DNA from: a virus
Lineage: Duplodnaviria; Caudoviricetes
DNA: 28,468 nt
Reading direction: 5' to 3' (one strand)
IMG/VR virus record: IMGVR_UViG_3300020362_000095
Coordinates: 1-28,468 of that record
The position numbers and the translations under genes are program-made. Under the pieces are notes generated by a model. That model searched no databases. It was not told the DNA's origin and saw only the letters and a list, made by a program, of their open reading frames with translations. Below, in pieces: positions 18,117 through 25,893 of the stretch (positions are counted from its first letter, which is position 1; the number at the start of each line of letters is the position of its first letter).

Positions 18117-18140
18117 TGCCACTTTTGGAGAATTTCGAGG

Positions 18141-18197
18141 CTCTAGGATGGTCACACAGAGGCGAAACGATATCCCCATGTGTGATTATACCTAGAG
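18141..18197 (+). other. Long hairpin whose loop motif CGAAACGATAT is shared with 14218-14247
   Basis: CTCTAGG/CCTAGAG plus ATGGTCACACA/TGTGTGATTAT stems. Confidence 0.65.
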
Positions 18198-18207
18198 ATT
18201 TTCGTAT

Positions 18208-18260
18208 GCTGATATAGGAATGTGTGTTCCTACTGATGATCTCGAAAGAGTGAAATCAGC
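18208..18260 (+). ncRNA. Type III hammerhead ribozyme
   Basis: Stem III GCTGAT/ATCAGC, cleavage triplet AUA (after 18214), stem I TAGGAA/TTCCTA with loop TGTGTG, core CTGATGA, stem II CTC-GAAA-GAG, core GAAA; U-U at positions 10.1/11.1 is non-consensus. Confidence 0.85.
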
Positions 18261-18290
18261 TAACTAATATCATTATTTATGGAGTAACTA

Positions 18291-19307
18291 ATGCAATATG
18301 ATATAGAAAAAAATAATTGGGCAAAGATATCCCATTCCAAAGTTTTACAAGAACAATATATTTTAAGGAGTTATTTAAACTTTCTTAATCATGGATGTAA
18401 AAGTTTTGGATTTAATCAAAATCAATTAGTCCAATTAAAAAAGAGTAGTGCCACTTATTTAGCTACAAGTGGTTCAGCTAATCCATTAACTGACGATGAG
18501 AAAAATTTCATCGAGATGTTTTCAAGAGGAACTAATCATTATCATAATCATGGATTAGAAAGTATCTCAAGCTGTGCTGAGGCTGTCAGACAAATTAGAA
18601 GAAAGCAAAAACATAAAAGTTCTATTTATTCTAATAAGGTTGATGGTCAAAAAGTTTTTAGAAAAGAACGTGAATACACTCATGGATTTTTTAATGGGCA
18701 ATCAGTTCATAAAAAGTTTGAGACATTATCTCAATGCTTTGCACAGAAATGGTGGAGAGATAAGCAATCAAGAACCAATATTATTATTAAGGTTGATGCA
18801 CTCTCACAGAAAATTTCTTACGAGAAAGCTGAAAGAGGCAGAGCCGGTAATTGGAACTATAACAGCGATGAAAGAAATACATTAATTTTAACTCCATCGT
18901 GGTTTAAAAATGTATTCATGAAAGGCTTGGCAACCACAATATATAAAAGCAAAACAGCATTTATTGCTAAAGCTAATCCTATTGAGGTATCAGAAAAGAT
19001 TAAGTCTCAAAATTTAAATGCTTATGTCGTTGACGTTGTTACTTGTTACGATGGCATTATTGACGTTGAGCATGATCTTTACTGCTTGGCTTATGAAAGC
19101 AAACCATCAGAACAGCTTAGTGTTCACGATGATTTTGGTGGTAACGTGCCATTGCCTCAAGGAGAGGCTCATAAGATGGGTCTGACCAATAATGTTATCT
19201 ACACTCCGGCAGAGACAATTAATTCTGTGTCTTCTAATTTTCGTAGGGCAGAAAATGTCATGAGTGGCAGAGTTCAAAAAAATATACTTGATGCTATGGG
19301 AGTTTAA
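18291..19307 (+). CDS. Early hypothetical protein (338 aa)
   Basis: GGAG RBS; long ORF with no recognisable motif; starts 30 nt after the hammerhead. Confidence 0.8.
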   Translation: MQYDIEKNNWAKISHSKVLQEQYILRSYLNFLNHGCKSFGFNQNQLVQLKKSSATYLATSGSANPLTDDEKNFIEMFSRGTNHYHNHGLESISSCAEAVRQIRRKQKHKSSIYSNKVDGQKVFRKEREYTHGFFNGQSVHKKFETLSQCFAQKWWRDKQSRTNIIIKVDALSQKISYEKAERGRAGNWNYNSDERNTLILTPSWFKNVFMKGLATTIYKSKTAFIAKANPIEVSEKIKSQNLNAYVVDVVTCYDGIIDVEHDLYCLAYESKPSEQLSVHDDFGGNVPLPQGEAHKMGLTNNVIYTPAETINSVSSNFRRAENVMSGRVQKNILDAMGV

Positions 19308-19308
19308 A

Positions 19309-19536
19309 ATGGATTATATTTACGATAGAAAATTATTCTTAAATACAGCTAGATGTTATAATATGATGAATGAATATTGGACAGTTTACAAAGCTGTAAA
19401 AAAAGAATTTGGGGATGACGATGAAAAGTTATTCACGAATAAAATAAGAGAAAGATTTTATCCTATGGTAAAAGAAAAAGTTTTGATGGCAAAGAAAAGA
19501 GCTATCAAAAAGAATTGGGGGAAAGATCACTCCTAA
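19309..19536 (+). CDS. Small hypothetical protein (75 aa)
   Basis: GGGAG RBS then ATG 19309 just after the upstream stop. Confidence 0.7.
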   Translation: MDYIYDRKLFLNTARCYNMMNEYWTVYKAVKKEFGDDDEKLFTNKIRERFYPMVKEKVLMAKKRAIKKNWGKDHS

Positions 19537-19537
19537 A

Positions 19538-19811
19538 TGTGGGCAAAAGTGGATGCCTAATTGTGAGTGAGGTTTTCTTATATTTTATTTCCCTCATTCA
19601 CAGTTTACGTAAATGCTATGTATCCCTAAATGCACATTCCCCCATTATTTATTTTGATGTGCATCATGGGCAAAGCTGTTGATCTTTTTAAAGCAATAGT
19701 CAGCTAATACATGGAAAGCCACACAAAAAAGGCTCTTAGAGCCTCGTGTAGGGGATGGTCAAGCATCCCCTATACAAAACCTACCAAATAGGCTTTATGC
19801 TCTGTGTGGGC
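19538..19811 (+). ncRNA. Cluster of structured non-coding RNA elements
   Basis: Stems 19559-72/19592-605, 19630-37/19657-64, 19674-78/19701-05, 19616-23/19707-14, 19730-35/19739-44, 19746-57/19764-75, 19719-25/19803-09. Confidence 0.6.
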
Positions 19812-19854
19812 ATATTACAGCCATTAATCATAATTAACAACAAAGGGAGACAAT

Positions 19855-20040
19855 ATGTCTAATACAAAAACAAAAATCAAATCGTGGAAAGATATCCCAC
19901 CAAAAAACTTAACTTATGCTAAAGCTATGCTTGAGATCGAGGGCATAGTAAATGCTGAGATAAGCACCTATAACAAGACCAACAAAGAGATGGCTTTATA
20001 TCTGACTAAATGTTGGCATATTATACAGAGAGGATTTTAA
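19855..20040 (+). CDS. Small hypothetical protein
   Basis: AGGGAG RBS; 61 aa. Confidence 0.7.
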   Translation: MSNTKTKIKSWKDIPPKNLTYAKAMLEIEGIVNAEISTYNKTNKEMALYLTKCWHIIQRGF

Positions 20041-20041
20041 A

Positions 20042-20254
20042 ATGCGAAACAATCCGGATGATTTATCCAATCAATTAATCAATGAAATAAAGAAATGGCT
20101 CAAGCATGAGATTAAACATCAACAGCCTATCGTGGATGGAAAAGAAATTCTTACTGATGGAACTGAGGGCATCTGTGAGGGCAGACATGAATGTGCTAAG
20201 AGTTTATTAAATCAAATAAAAAAATGGGAGAAAAAACTTTATGGAAATGATTGA
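20042..20254 (+). CDS. Small hypothetical protein
   Basis: GAGG RBS; GICEGRHECA motif; 70 aa. Confidence 0.7.
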   Translation: MRNNPDDLSNQLINEIKKWLKHEIKHQQPIVDGKEILTDGTEGICEGRHECAKSLLNQIKKWEKKLYGND

Positions 20255-20402
20255 ATTACTTAGCTTGATATATAAATTACGAGATGATATCGAGAGACAA
20301 AAAGGCATCCATTACGATCACATGAGGCAATTAGATAAAATGATTGATATCGTTAAGCCTCTAGCTGATCATGAGAATAAACTACAAGATCCAAATTTAT
20401 AA
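20241..20402 (+). CDS. 53-aa hypothetical protein (below ORF-track cutoff)
   Basis: GGGAG RBS; MEMIELLSLIYKLRDDIERQKG...QDPNL*. Confidence 0.6.
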   Translation: MEMIELLSLIYKLRDDIERQKGIHYDHMRQLDKMIDIVKPLADHENKLQDPNL

Positions 20403-20443
20403 TAAATTTTTGTCTTGTCGTGATGCCCCCTAAAATATCTAGA

Positions 20444-20465
20444 CAAAACTTTACGTAAAGTTTTG
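20444..20465. promoter_or_regulatory. Perfect 22-bp palindrome CAAAACTTTACGTAAAGTTTTG (best copy of a dispersed operator-like motif)
   Basis: Related copies at 353-368, 13149-13168, 13726-13745, 16868-16887, 19604-19613, 26641-26660, 28433-28452. Confidence 0.8.
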
Positions 20466-20501
20466 AAAAAATTAAGGGCAATCGAGGAGTGATTGCCCTT
20501 A
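20466..20501 (-). terminator. Terminator between convergent operons
   Basis: TAAGGGCAATC/GATTGCCCTTA perfect 11-bp stem with an A-run on the left. Confidence 0.75.
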
Positions 20502-20558
20502 TATAGCATGAAAATGAGTTGACACTCATCTAATCTATAGATCCCACCATTTAATTAG

Positions 20559-21053
20559 TCAACTATTTCCCCAAAAATTATAAAACTTTTCTACTTTTTC
20601 AGCTAAAAAGCTGAAATTTTTTTTTATCCAATTCATTTCACGTAACGTGATGTGGTCATCCTCAACTATTTTTTTTAATATTTTGTATGCTGTTTCGTTG
20701 CCGGTCGACTTTATTGCAGAAAAACAATCCAATACTTTTCTTTTTAATATTGCCTTTTTCAAATTCAAAGGTTCGTGTGTAGCTATTTTTATATTATAAT
20801 TTGTTGCTCTCACTCCAACAAATCCAGATCTACAATAATCAGAATAAAACTTATCAATAATTTTGTAATCATCTAGCGATATACTATCATCCATAAGTAA
20901 CGTGTCTAGGCACGTTTGATCAACAATTCTGACCCTTACTCCATCGTCTTTGAACTCTGCTTTAGCAGTATGTTTTCCTGCGTATATAGGTATCTTAGAG
21001 TAATTTTTTTTACTTTTTTTAGAAGCTGATGTCCTTGTACTCTTTTGGCTCAT
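20559..21053 (-). CDS. Hypothetical protein, possible late-gene regulator (DUF6456/antiterminator-like)
   Basis: LDTLLMDDSISLDDY...FYSDY resembles the helical N-domain of alphaproteobacterial phage regulators; follows the helicase; function is speculative. Confidence 0.4.
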   Translation of the reverse strand: MSQKSTRTSASKKSKKNYSKIPIYAGKHTAKAEFKDDGVRVRIVDQTCLDTLLMDDSISLDDYKIIDKFYSDYCRSGFVGVRATNYNIKIATHEPLNLKKAILKRKVLDCFSAIKSTGNETAYKILKKIVEDDHITLREMNWIKKNFSFLAEKVEKFYNFWGNS

Positions 21054-22845
21054 AATAATTGTTAATAGTTTTCTTTGGTTTTAACATATCTTCTGTTTTT
21101 GACAAAGCCTCGTATCTAGATGTTATCTTGTCGTACTCTAATTCTCTTTCTCCAATTTGACCTACCCAAGAAAATCTACATTTCCAAACCATGATTTGAG
21201 TTACATTACTTTTAGTTGGTCTTGGTCTATGAACTGTCAATCCAACATCTGATTTACTAAAAAAAGATGCAGATCCGGCAATGTCATAACCTTTTGGAGG
21301 TGGTGTTGTGCCATCTTCTCGTCTTGTCATTTTATTAGGATGAGCAACAAACCAAATATGTATGCCATGTGCTTGTGCAAAAACTCTTAACTTTGTAAGC
21401 ATATCTGATATCCAATCAGTTTCAGATGTCGTGATATCTTTTGCTATGTAATTGTAAGGATCTATTACACAGCCACGTATACCAAATCTAAATACAGCAG
21501 TTTTTAATCTTTCTAAAATGCTGTCCAACGTGGATAGCGATCCGTCTGCTTGATACAAAAAACAAAAGTTTTCTGAAACAAACTTTTTTCCAATCGCTAA
21601 ATCATGTGTAGAAACTTTTGGTGTCACACCATCAAAAAAAGGTTTGCCAACATATTTGCTAATTAACTTTGCTATATGTATTCGTGGTTCGTTTTCAAAA
21701 GAACAAACTCCAAATTTCCAACCTTTGTCTTTTGCAATGTTGATCATTATTTGATCTACAAACTCAGATTTGCCGGATGATGGATGTCCGGTAACAACTG
21801 TAAGCTGACCCTCAACAACTGTATAAATCTCATCTATGCTCTTGTATCCGGTGCTTAGACCACTACCAATTCCATGCTCGTATATCTCGTCAACTTGTTC
21901 ATAAAAATGATTAGCATCATAAAGACCTGAAACCGGATAAGGGATAGGATTTTTTATTATTTCTTCTAACTTTTCTTTTCCATGTTTTACCAAAACTTCA
22001 TTGGCATCCTTGCAATCTTGTGGATAAACAAGTTTAAAACATTTATCTTTACCAACTCTTCTAGCGATCTCTTCTTCCATAGCTTGACCGGCTTGATCGC
22101 TGTCCATAGCTATTATAATCTTTTTACATTTATCTAGTTTTTCTTTTGAGTTCCAAATAAATTTAAATTTACCATCTTCTTTAGGATCTATTTTGCCATC
22201 CACTACTTTCATGACAGCACCATGTGGTATGGATATGCTGTTATTACAGCCTATTTCCATGAAAGACAAACAATCCATTTCTCCCTCACAAATTATTATT
22301 TCATCCTCTTTTTCTACATTATCAATATTATAAAAGTTTTCTGCCTTGCCATAACTAGCAAACCCTTTATCCGGAAAAGATCGTATCTTGGCAAAATGAT
22401 AAGAACCCTTTGTGTCTTGATATGGAAAAACTAAACAAGAAGCCTCTTTTTTGATTGCACCAATGTAATGATTTATAAATTTTATACCGGCTTTTGTTGC
22501 TGTTTCTTTGGATATTCCTCTGCTTGATAAGTATTGTAAACTACCATTGTTTTCTTCAATCTCGTTTAAATTATTAGTAAATGATTGATTAATGTTTACA
22601 ACTTTTTCACTTTCCACAGATTTTCTCCTCATTTGATTTAAATTTTCATCATTAAATTTTATGCCACCATCTTCTCCACAATGCCAACAATAATACATAA
22701 TTACATCATTGCTAATCTTTAGCGACAATGTTTTCTGATCTTTCTTTTTTCTTGTATGTGAGCAAAATGGGCAGATTGCCTTGTGTTGACCACCACCTAA
22801 TTTTAGGGCAACACTTCTAATTGAGTGCCTCATCTCCATATTCAT
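21019..22845 (-). CDS. T7 gp4/Twinkle-like DNA primase-helicase
   Basis: Zn finger CPFC...CWHC, TOPRIM EGEMD, DSDQAG, KDANE; SF4 Walker A GHPSSGKS, IDPYN, VAHP; AAGGAG RBS. Confidence 0.93.
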   Translation of the reverse strand: MNMEMRHSIRSVALKLGGGQHKAICPFCSHTRKKKDQKTLSLKISNDVIMYYCWHCGEDGGIKFNDENLNQMRRKSVESEKVVNINQSFTNNLNEIEENNGSLQYLSSRGISKETATKAGIKFINHYIGAIKKEASCLVFPYQDTKGSYHFAKIRSFPDKGFASYGKAENFYNIDNVEKEDEIIICEGEMDCLSFMEIGCNNSISIPHGAVMKVVDGKIDPKEDGKFKFIWNSKEKLDKCKKIIIAMDSDQAGQAMEEEIARRVGKDKCFKLVYPQDCKDANEVLVKHGKEKLEEIIKNPIPYPVSGLYDANHFYEQVDEIYEHGIGSGLSTGYKSIDEIYTVVEGQLTVVTGHPSSGKSEFVDQIMINIAKDKGWKFGVCSFENEPRIHIAKLISKYVGKPFFDGVTPKVSTHDLAIGKKFVSENFCFLYQADGSLSTLDSILERLKTAVFRFGIRGCVIDPYNYIAKDITTSETDWISDMLTKLRVFAQAHGIHIWFVAHPNKMTRREDGTTPPPKGYDIAGSASFFSKSDVGLTVHRPRPTKSNVTQIMVWKCRFSWVGQIGERELEYDKITSRYEALSKTEDMLKPKKTINNYYEPKEYKDISF

Positions 22846-23064
22846 CTCCTTGCTATACCTTTCATCATTATTTTAAAATAAAGAAATCGTCAACAAAAAA
22901 ATTTTTTCAAATAAAATTTTCAAATTGCACAAGTATGTAATATAATATAACTACGCATAACGAGGCAGTAATGTTTTTTGTTTCCTTTCTTACATTACTG
23001 CCACCTCCTTTAATATATATAAATATTCTATACAAGTTTATATAACAGTTAATATATATATATA

Positions 23065-23391
23065 TTATATACTGACAATTTTGTTTTGAATAACTCTTCT
23101 CAATCTCTCCCCTAAATATCTAGCAACAACCGGTTTGCTCATTAAAATTTCTTGTATTAGCTTTGACATTTCTTCAGCATTTAATGACCCCAAATCACAT
23201 ACCATGCTAAAATCTTCAGATTTAAGCCACTTACCTACTGAAACTTTCTCTCTAGAGCTTCCCAAATAGCTGTCAGAAATCGCTTGGCACATCACATGTT
23301 TCCAAAGGCGAGATTCTGATGTGAGTTCGTGGTGTGGTTCTATCCAAACCCCAATGAACGTGCTTTTGTTTGACTTGTCTGTCATTAACAT
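23065..23391 (-). CDS. Conserved hypothetical protein (LWxxVxxQAxxD motif)
   Basis: 108 aa; overlaps the RusA-like gene; start uncertain. Confidence 0.6.
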   Translation of the reverse strand: MLMTDKSNKSTFIGVWIEPHHELTSESRLWKHVMCQAISDSYLGSSREKVSVGKWLKSEDFSMVCDLGSLNAEEMSKLIQEILMSKPVVARYLGERLRRVIQNKIVSI

Positions 23392-23665
23392 AGATCTTTC
23401 CTTGCATACAATCTAGAACAACACTCTCATCTAGATCCGGTCTTCTAGATGCATAATATATAATTAACTCTACTTTTACGTCAGTTTCAATAAGATTTTC
23501 TAATTGTGGACATTGTTGTGCAAATACTTTTTCATAATTTCTAGCTTTATCAGATTTAATAACTCCAAATCTTTTTCCAAAATTTACTATTTTTCTTGAA
23601 TTTGCCTTGGATGCAGGCTCTCCATGTATAACAAAATTTATACTTTTATTTATTTCTATTGACAT
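23273..23665 (-). CDS. RusA-like Holliday junction resolvase
   Basis: GEPASKANSR; RRPDLDE...LDCMQGKIYVNDRQV acidic motif. Confidence 0.8.
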   Translation of the reverse strand: MSIEINKSINFVIHGEPASKANSRKIVNFGKRFGVIKSDKARNYEKVFAQQCPQLENLIETDVKVELIIYYASRRPDLDESVVLDCMQGKIYVNDRQVKQKHVHWGLDRTTPRTHIRISPLETCDVPSDF

Positions 23666-23686
23666 TATTTTACCTATACTTATATT
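23659..23686 (+). promoter_or_regulatory. Sigma70 promoter of the recombination operon
   Basis: TTGACA-16 nt-TATATT; overlaps the start codon of the divergent RusA-like gene. Confidence 0.65.
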
Positions 23687-23712
23687 TAAAAATGCATGAA
23701 TAGGAGAATGAC

Positions 23713-24624
23713 ATGAAAATTACCAATAAGTTTGGTATGCCACAACCATTTGTCGATTTTGCCATAAACGACAAATACAGTAAAGGCAAAGCTGATATAT
23801 CTGTAACATCACTAATTGATAGTCCTAGAGTTAGGATTATGAAAGATGTTTATCACGATCAAATAGAAGTCGATGCTGTAGATATGGTTTGGGCATTATT
23901 TGGAACTGCTGTACATTCAGTATTAGAACAATCTAATTCATCTAAAAATATTATAAACGAAGAGAGAATATTTGCAGAATTAAACGGATGGATTTTGTCC
24001 GGTGCTTTAGATAGGCAAGAAATAACTGACAATGTTGCATCAATAATAGATTACAAGGTTACATCAGTTTGGTCAGTAATTTATGGAAAAATAGAATGGG
24101 AAAGACAGCTTAATTGTTATGCTTGGCTCTTTAGACAAAAGAAAGAAAACATTGGTAAGTCAGTTGGCTCTCTAAAAATATGTGCAATTTTAAGAGATTG
24201 GAACAGAAGAGATGCTGAGAAAAAAGAAAATTATCCACAAGCACCAATCGTATTCGTAGACATACCACTTTGGGATGCTGAGATTGCTCATCAATATGTA
24301 TCTGAAAGATTACATTTACATCAAGATGCTCAGATGAGTTATGATTTATTAAAAGATCTTCCTCTTTGTACTGATGAGGAAAGATGGAAAAAAGATGATA
24401 CATGGGCAGTAAAAAAGAAAGGTCAGAAAAGAGCCATTAGAGTTTTGGAAAGTGAGCATGAGGCTGAAAAGTACATTAATTGGCATGATGAAACTGACAC
24501 AGCATATATCAAGAAAACAGATTTAGAAATAGAGTTTCGATGTGGAGAACACACTCGATGTGGCAACTATTGTTCAGTTGCTGATTTTTGCAATCAATAC
24601 AAAGGAGAAAAAGATGGCAGATAA
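23713..24624 (+). CDS. Cas4/RecB-like PD-(D/E)XK exonuclease
   Basis: GTAVH, SGALD, IIDYK, QLNCY, C-terminal RCGNYCSVADFC; AGGAG RBS. Confidence 0.85.
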   Translation: MKITNKFGMPQPFVDFAINDKYSKGKADISVTSLIDSPRVRIMKDVYHDQIEVDAVDMVWALFGTAVHSVLEQSNSSKNIINEERIFAELNGWILSGALDRQEITDNVASIIDYKVTSVWSVIYGKIEWERQLNCYAWLFRQKKENIGKSVGSLKICAILRDWNRRDAEKKENYPQAPIVFVDIPLWDAEIAHQYVSERLHLHQDAQMSYDLLKDLPLCTDEERWKKDDTWAVKKKGQKRAIRVLESEHEAEKYINWHDETDTAYIKKTDLEIEFRCGEHTRCGNYCSVADFCNQYKGEKDGR

Positions 24625-24892
24625 AAAAACAAAAAAGTTAATGGAAACACTTGAAAAAGAAAAAAGAAAAAGGGCAAGAAACAAGAAAGGTCACTTTGTT
24701 GCAGACGATCCTAACACACCACAGAACGAGGCTTATGTTAAGTCTAGTGGCAAAGTAAAGGTTGGACTAAATGCCCATATAAACGAGGCAACTAATAAAG
24801 GAAAGCCTATTCAAAGGTTCTTTTTAGTTAGATGGTATGAGTATTTAGTAAAAAAATATTTAAAATTTGTAGACAAAACATTTGGCATGTAA
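24614..24892 (+). CDS. Small basic protein with RARxxKGxFVADDPNTP motif
   Basis: AAGGAG RBS then ATG 24614. Confidence 0.7.
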   Translation: MADKKTKKLMETLEKEKRKRARNKKGHFVADDPNTPQNEAYVKSSGKVKVGLNAHINEATNKGKPIQRFFLVRWYEYLVKKYLKFVDKTFGM

Positions 24893-24893
24893 C

Positions 24894-25151
24894 ATGAGCG
24901 ATAAAGTAGATTTATGTTACTTGCCAACGAATGGTTTGTGCAAGTTAAATGAGATTTTGGATGACAGTTTCTTTCCATCTAATCAAGAGAATATTATCAA
25001 ACAAGAGTTGATAACATACGAAAAGGTTGATGGTGCGATAAAGAAATCAACATTTGAAAGAAATTACATTGGAACAAGACATCATGATGGTCACACCACA
25101 GAAATCTTTCCAACTAAACTAGCAGAAAAAGAGGTAAAAAATGAAAAGTAA
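24894..25151 (+). CDS. Hypothetical protein
   Basis: Tightly packed ORF in the operon. Confidence 0.6.
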   Translation: MSDKVDLCYLPTNGLCKLNEILDDSFFPSNQENIIKQELITYEKVDGAIKKSTFERNYIGTRHHDGHTTEIFPTKLAEKEVKNEK

Positions 25152-25893
25152 TGCAACGGATAAGGTCGCAAGTGAAATACCGGAAAAGGTCGCTAAGACA
25201 TTAAAAGATATAGGAATGACAACGAAACAAGCCGGATGGGATTGTCATGGAACTTATGTTCTTTTGCATAAGGCATTAGAGAAAGTTGCTGTTTATAATA
25301 AAATAACTTTTAAAGAACCTACAATATTAGAATGTAACTCAGAGAAAAAAGTGGTCAGTTTGTTGGTCACCGGAACTATGGGAGACAAATCAGAATGGTC
25401 TATAGGAGAGGCATCCCCATCAAATAATAGAAACAGCTATCCCTATGCGATGGCTGAAAAGAGAGCCAAAGACAGAGTGATACTAAAACTTGTGGGTCTT
25501 CATGGAGATGTTTATGCAGAAGATGAGGCTGATGCTTTTAAAGAGGCAAGACCTAAAGAAATAAAAGGTGGCACTATGGATAATGGATCTAAAGAAGTTA
25601 CTGAAGAAAAACGAAAGCCACCTAGACAGCCACTTATAGATGTAAAAGATATCGAAAGCGATAAGGTAGAAACTGTGCCTGCCGATCAAGGCATAAATAT
25701 AATTAAAGATGTTTTTAAAACTTTTATGCCAAACGATGACATAGATAAACTCAGACGATTTAAAGATGTTAATAAAGAGGCATTGACACATTTAAAAGAA
25801 TTTGATGAGACAGCCTATCAAGAAGTTAAAGATTTATTTATGGCGAAAGCTGAAGAACTCAAAACTAAAGCAAAAGGAGAAGTAAATGAGTGA
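25141..25893 (+). CDS. Putative single-strand annealing protein (recombinase)
   Basis: GEASP..N..YPYAMAEKRAKDRVILKL...VYAEDEA motif; exonuclease-SSAP-SSB gene order. Confidence 0.6.
   Translation: MKSNATDKVASEIPEKVAKTLKDIGMTTKQAGWDCHGTYVLLHKALEKVAVYNKITFKEPTILECNSEKKVVSLLVTGTMGDKSEWSIGEASPSNNRNSYPYAMAEKRAKDRVILKLVGLHGDVYAEDEADAFKEARPKEIKGGTMDNGSKEVTEEKRKPPRQPLIDVKDIESDKVETVPADQGINIIKDVFKTFMPNDDIDKLRRFKDVNKEALTHLKEFDETAYQEVKDLFMAKAEELKTKAKGEVNE

Noticed and set aside
876-24377. Other CTGATGA hammerhead-core matches (876, 24371, and minus-strand matches near 7600 and 11545)
   Set aside because: Inside coding sequence and lacking stems I-III and a properly placed GAAA
23713-24624. Cas4-like gene as evidence of a CRISPR system
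   Set aside because: No repeat-spacer array or other cas genes; it sits in a standard exonuclease-annealase-SSB recombination cluster
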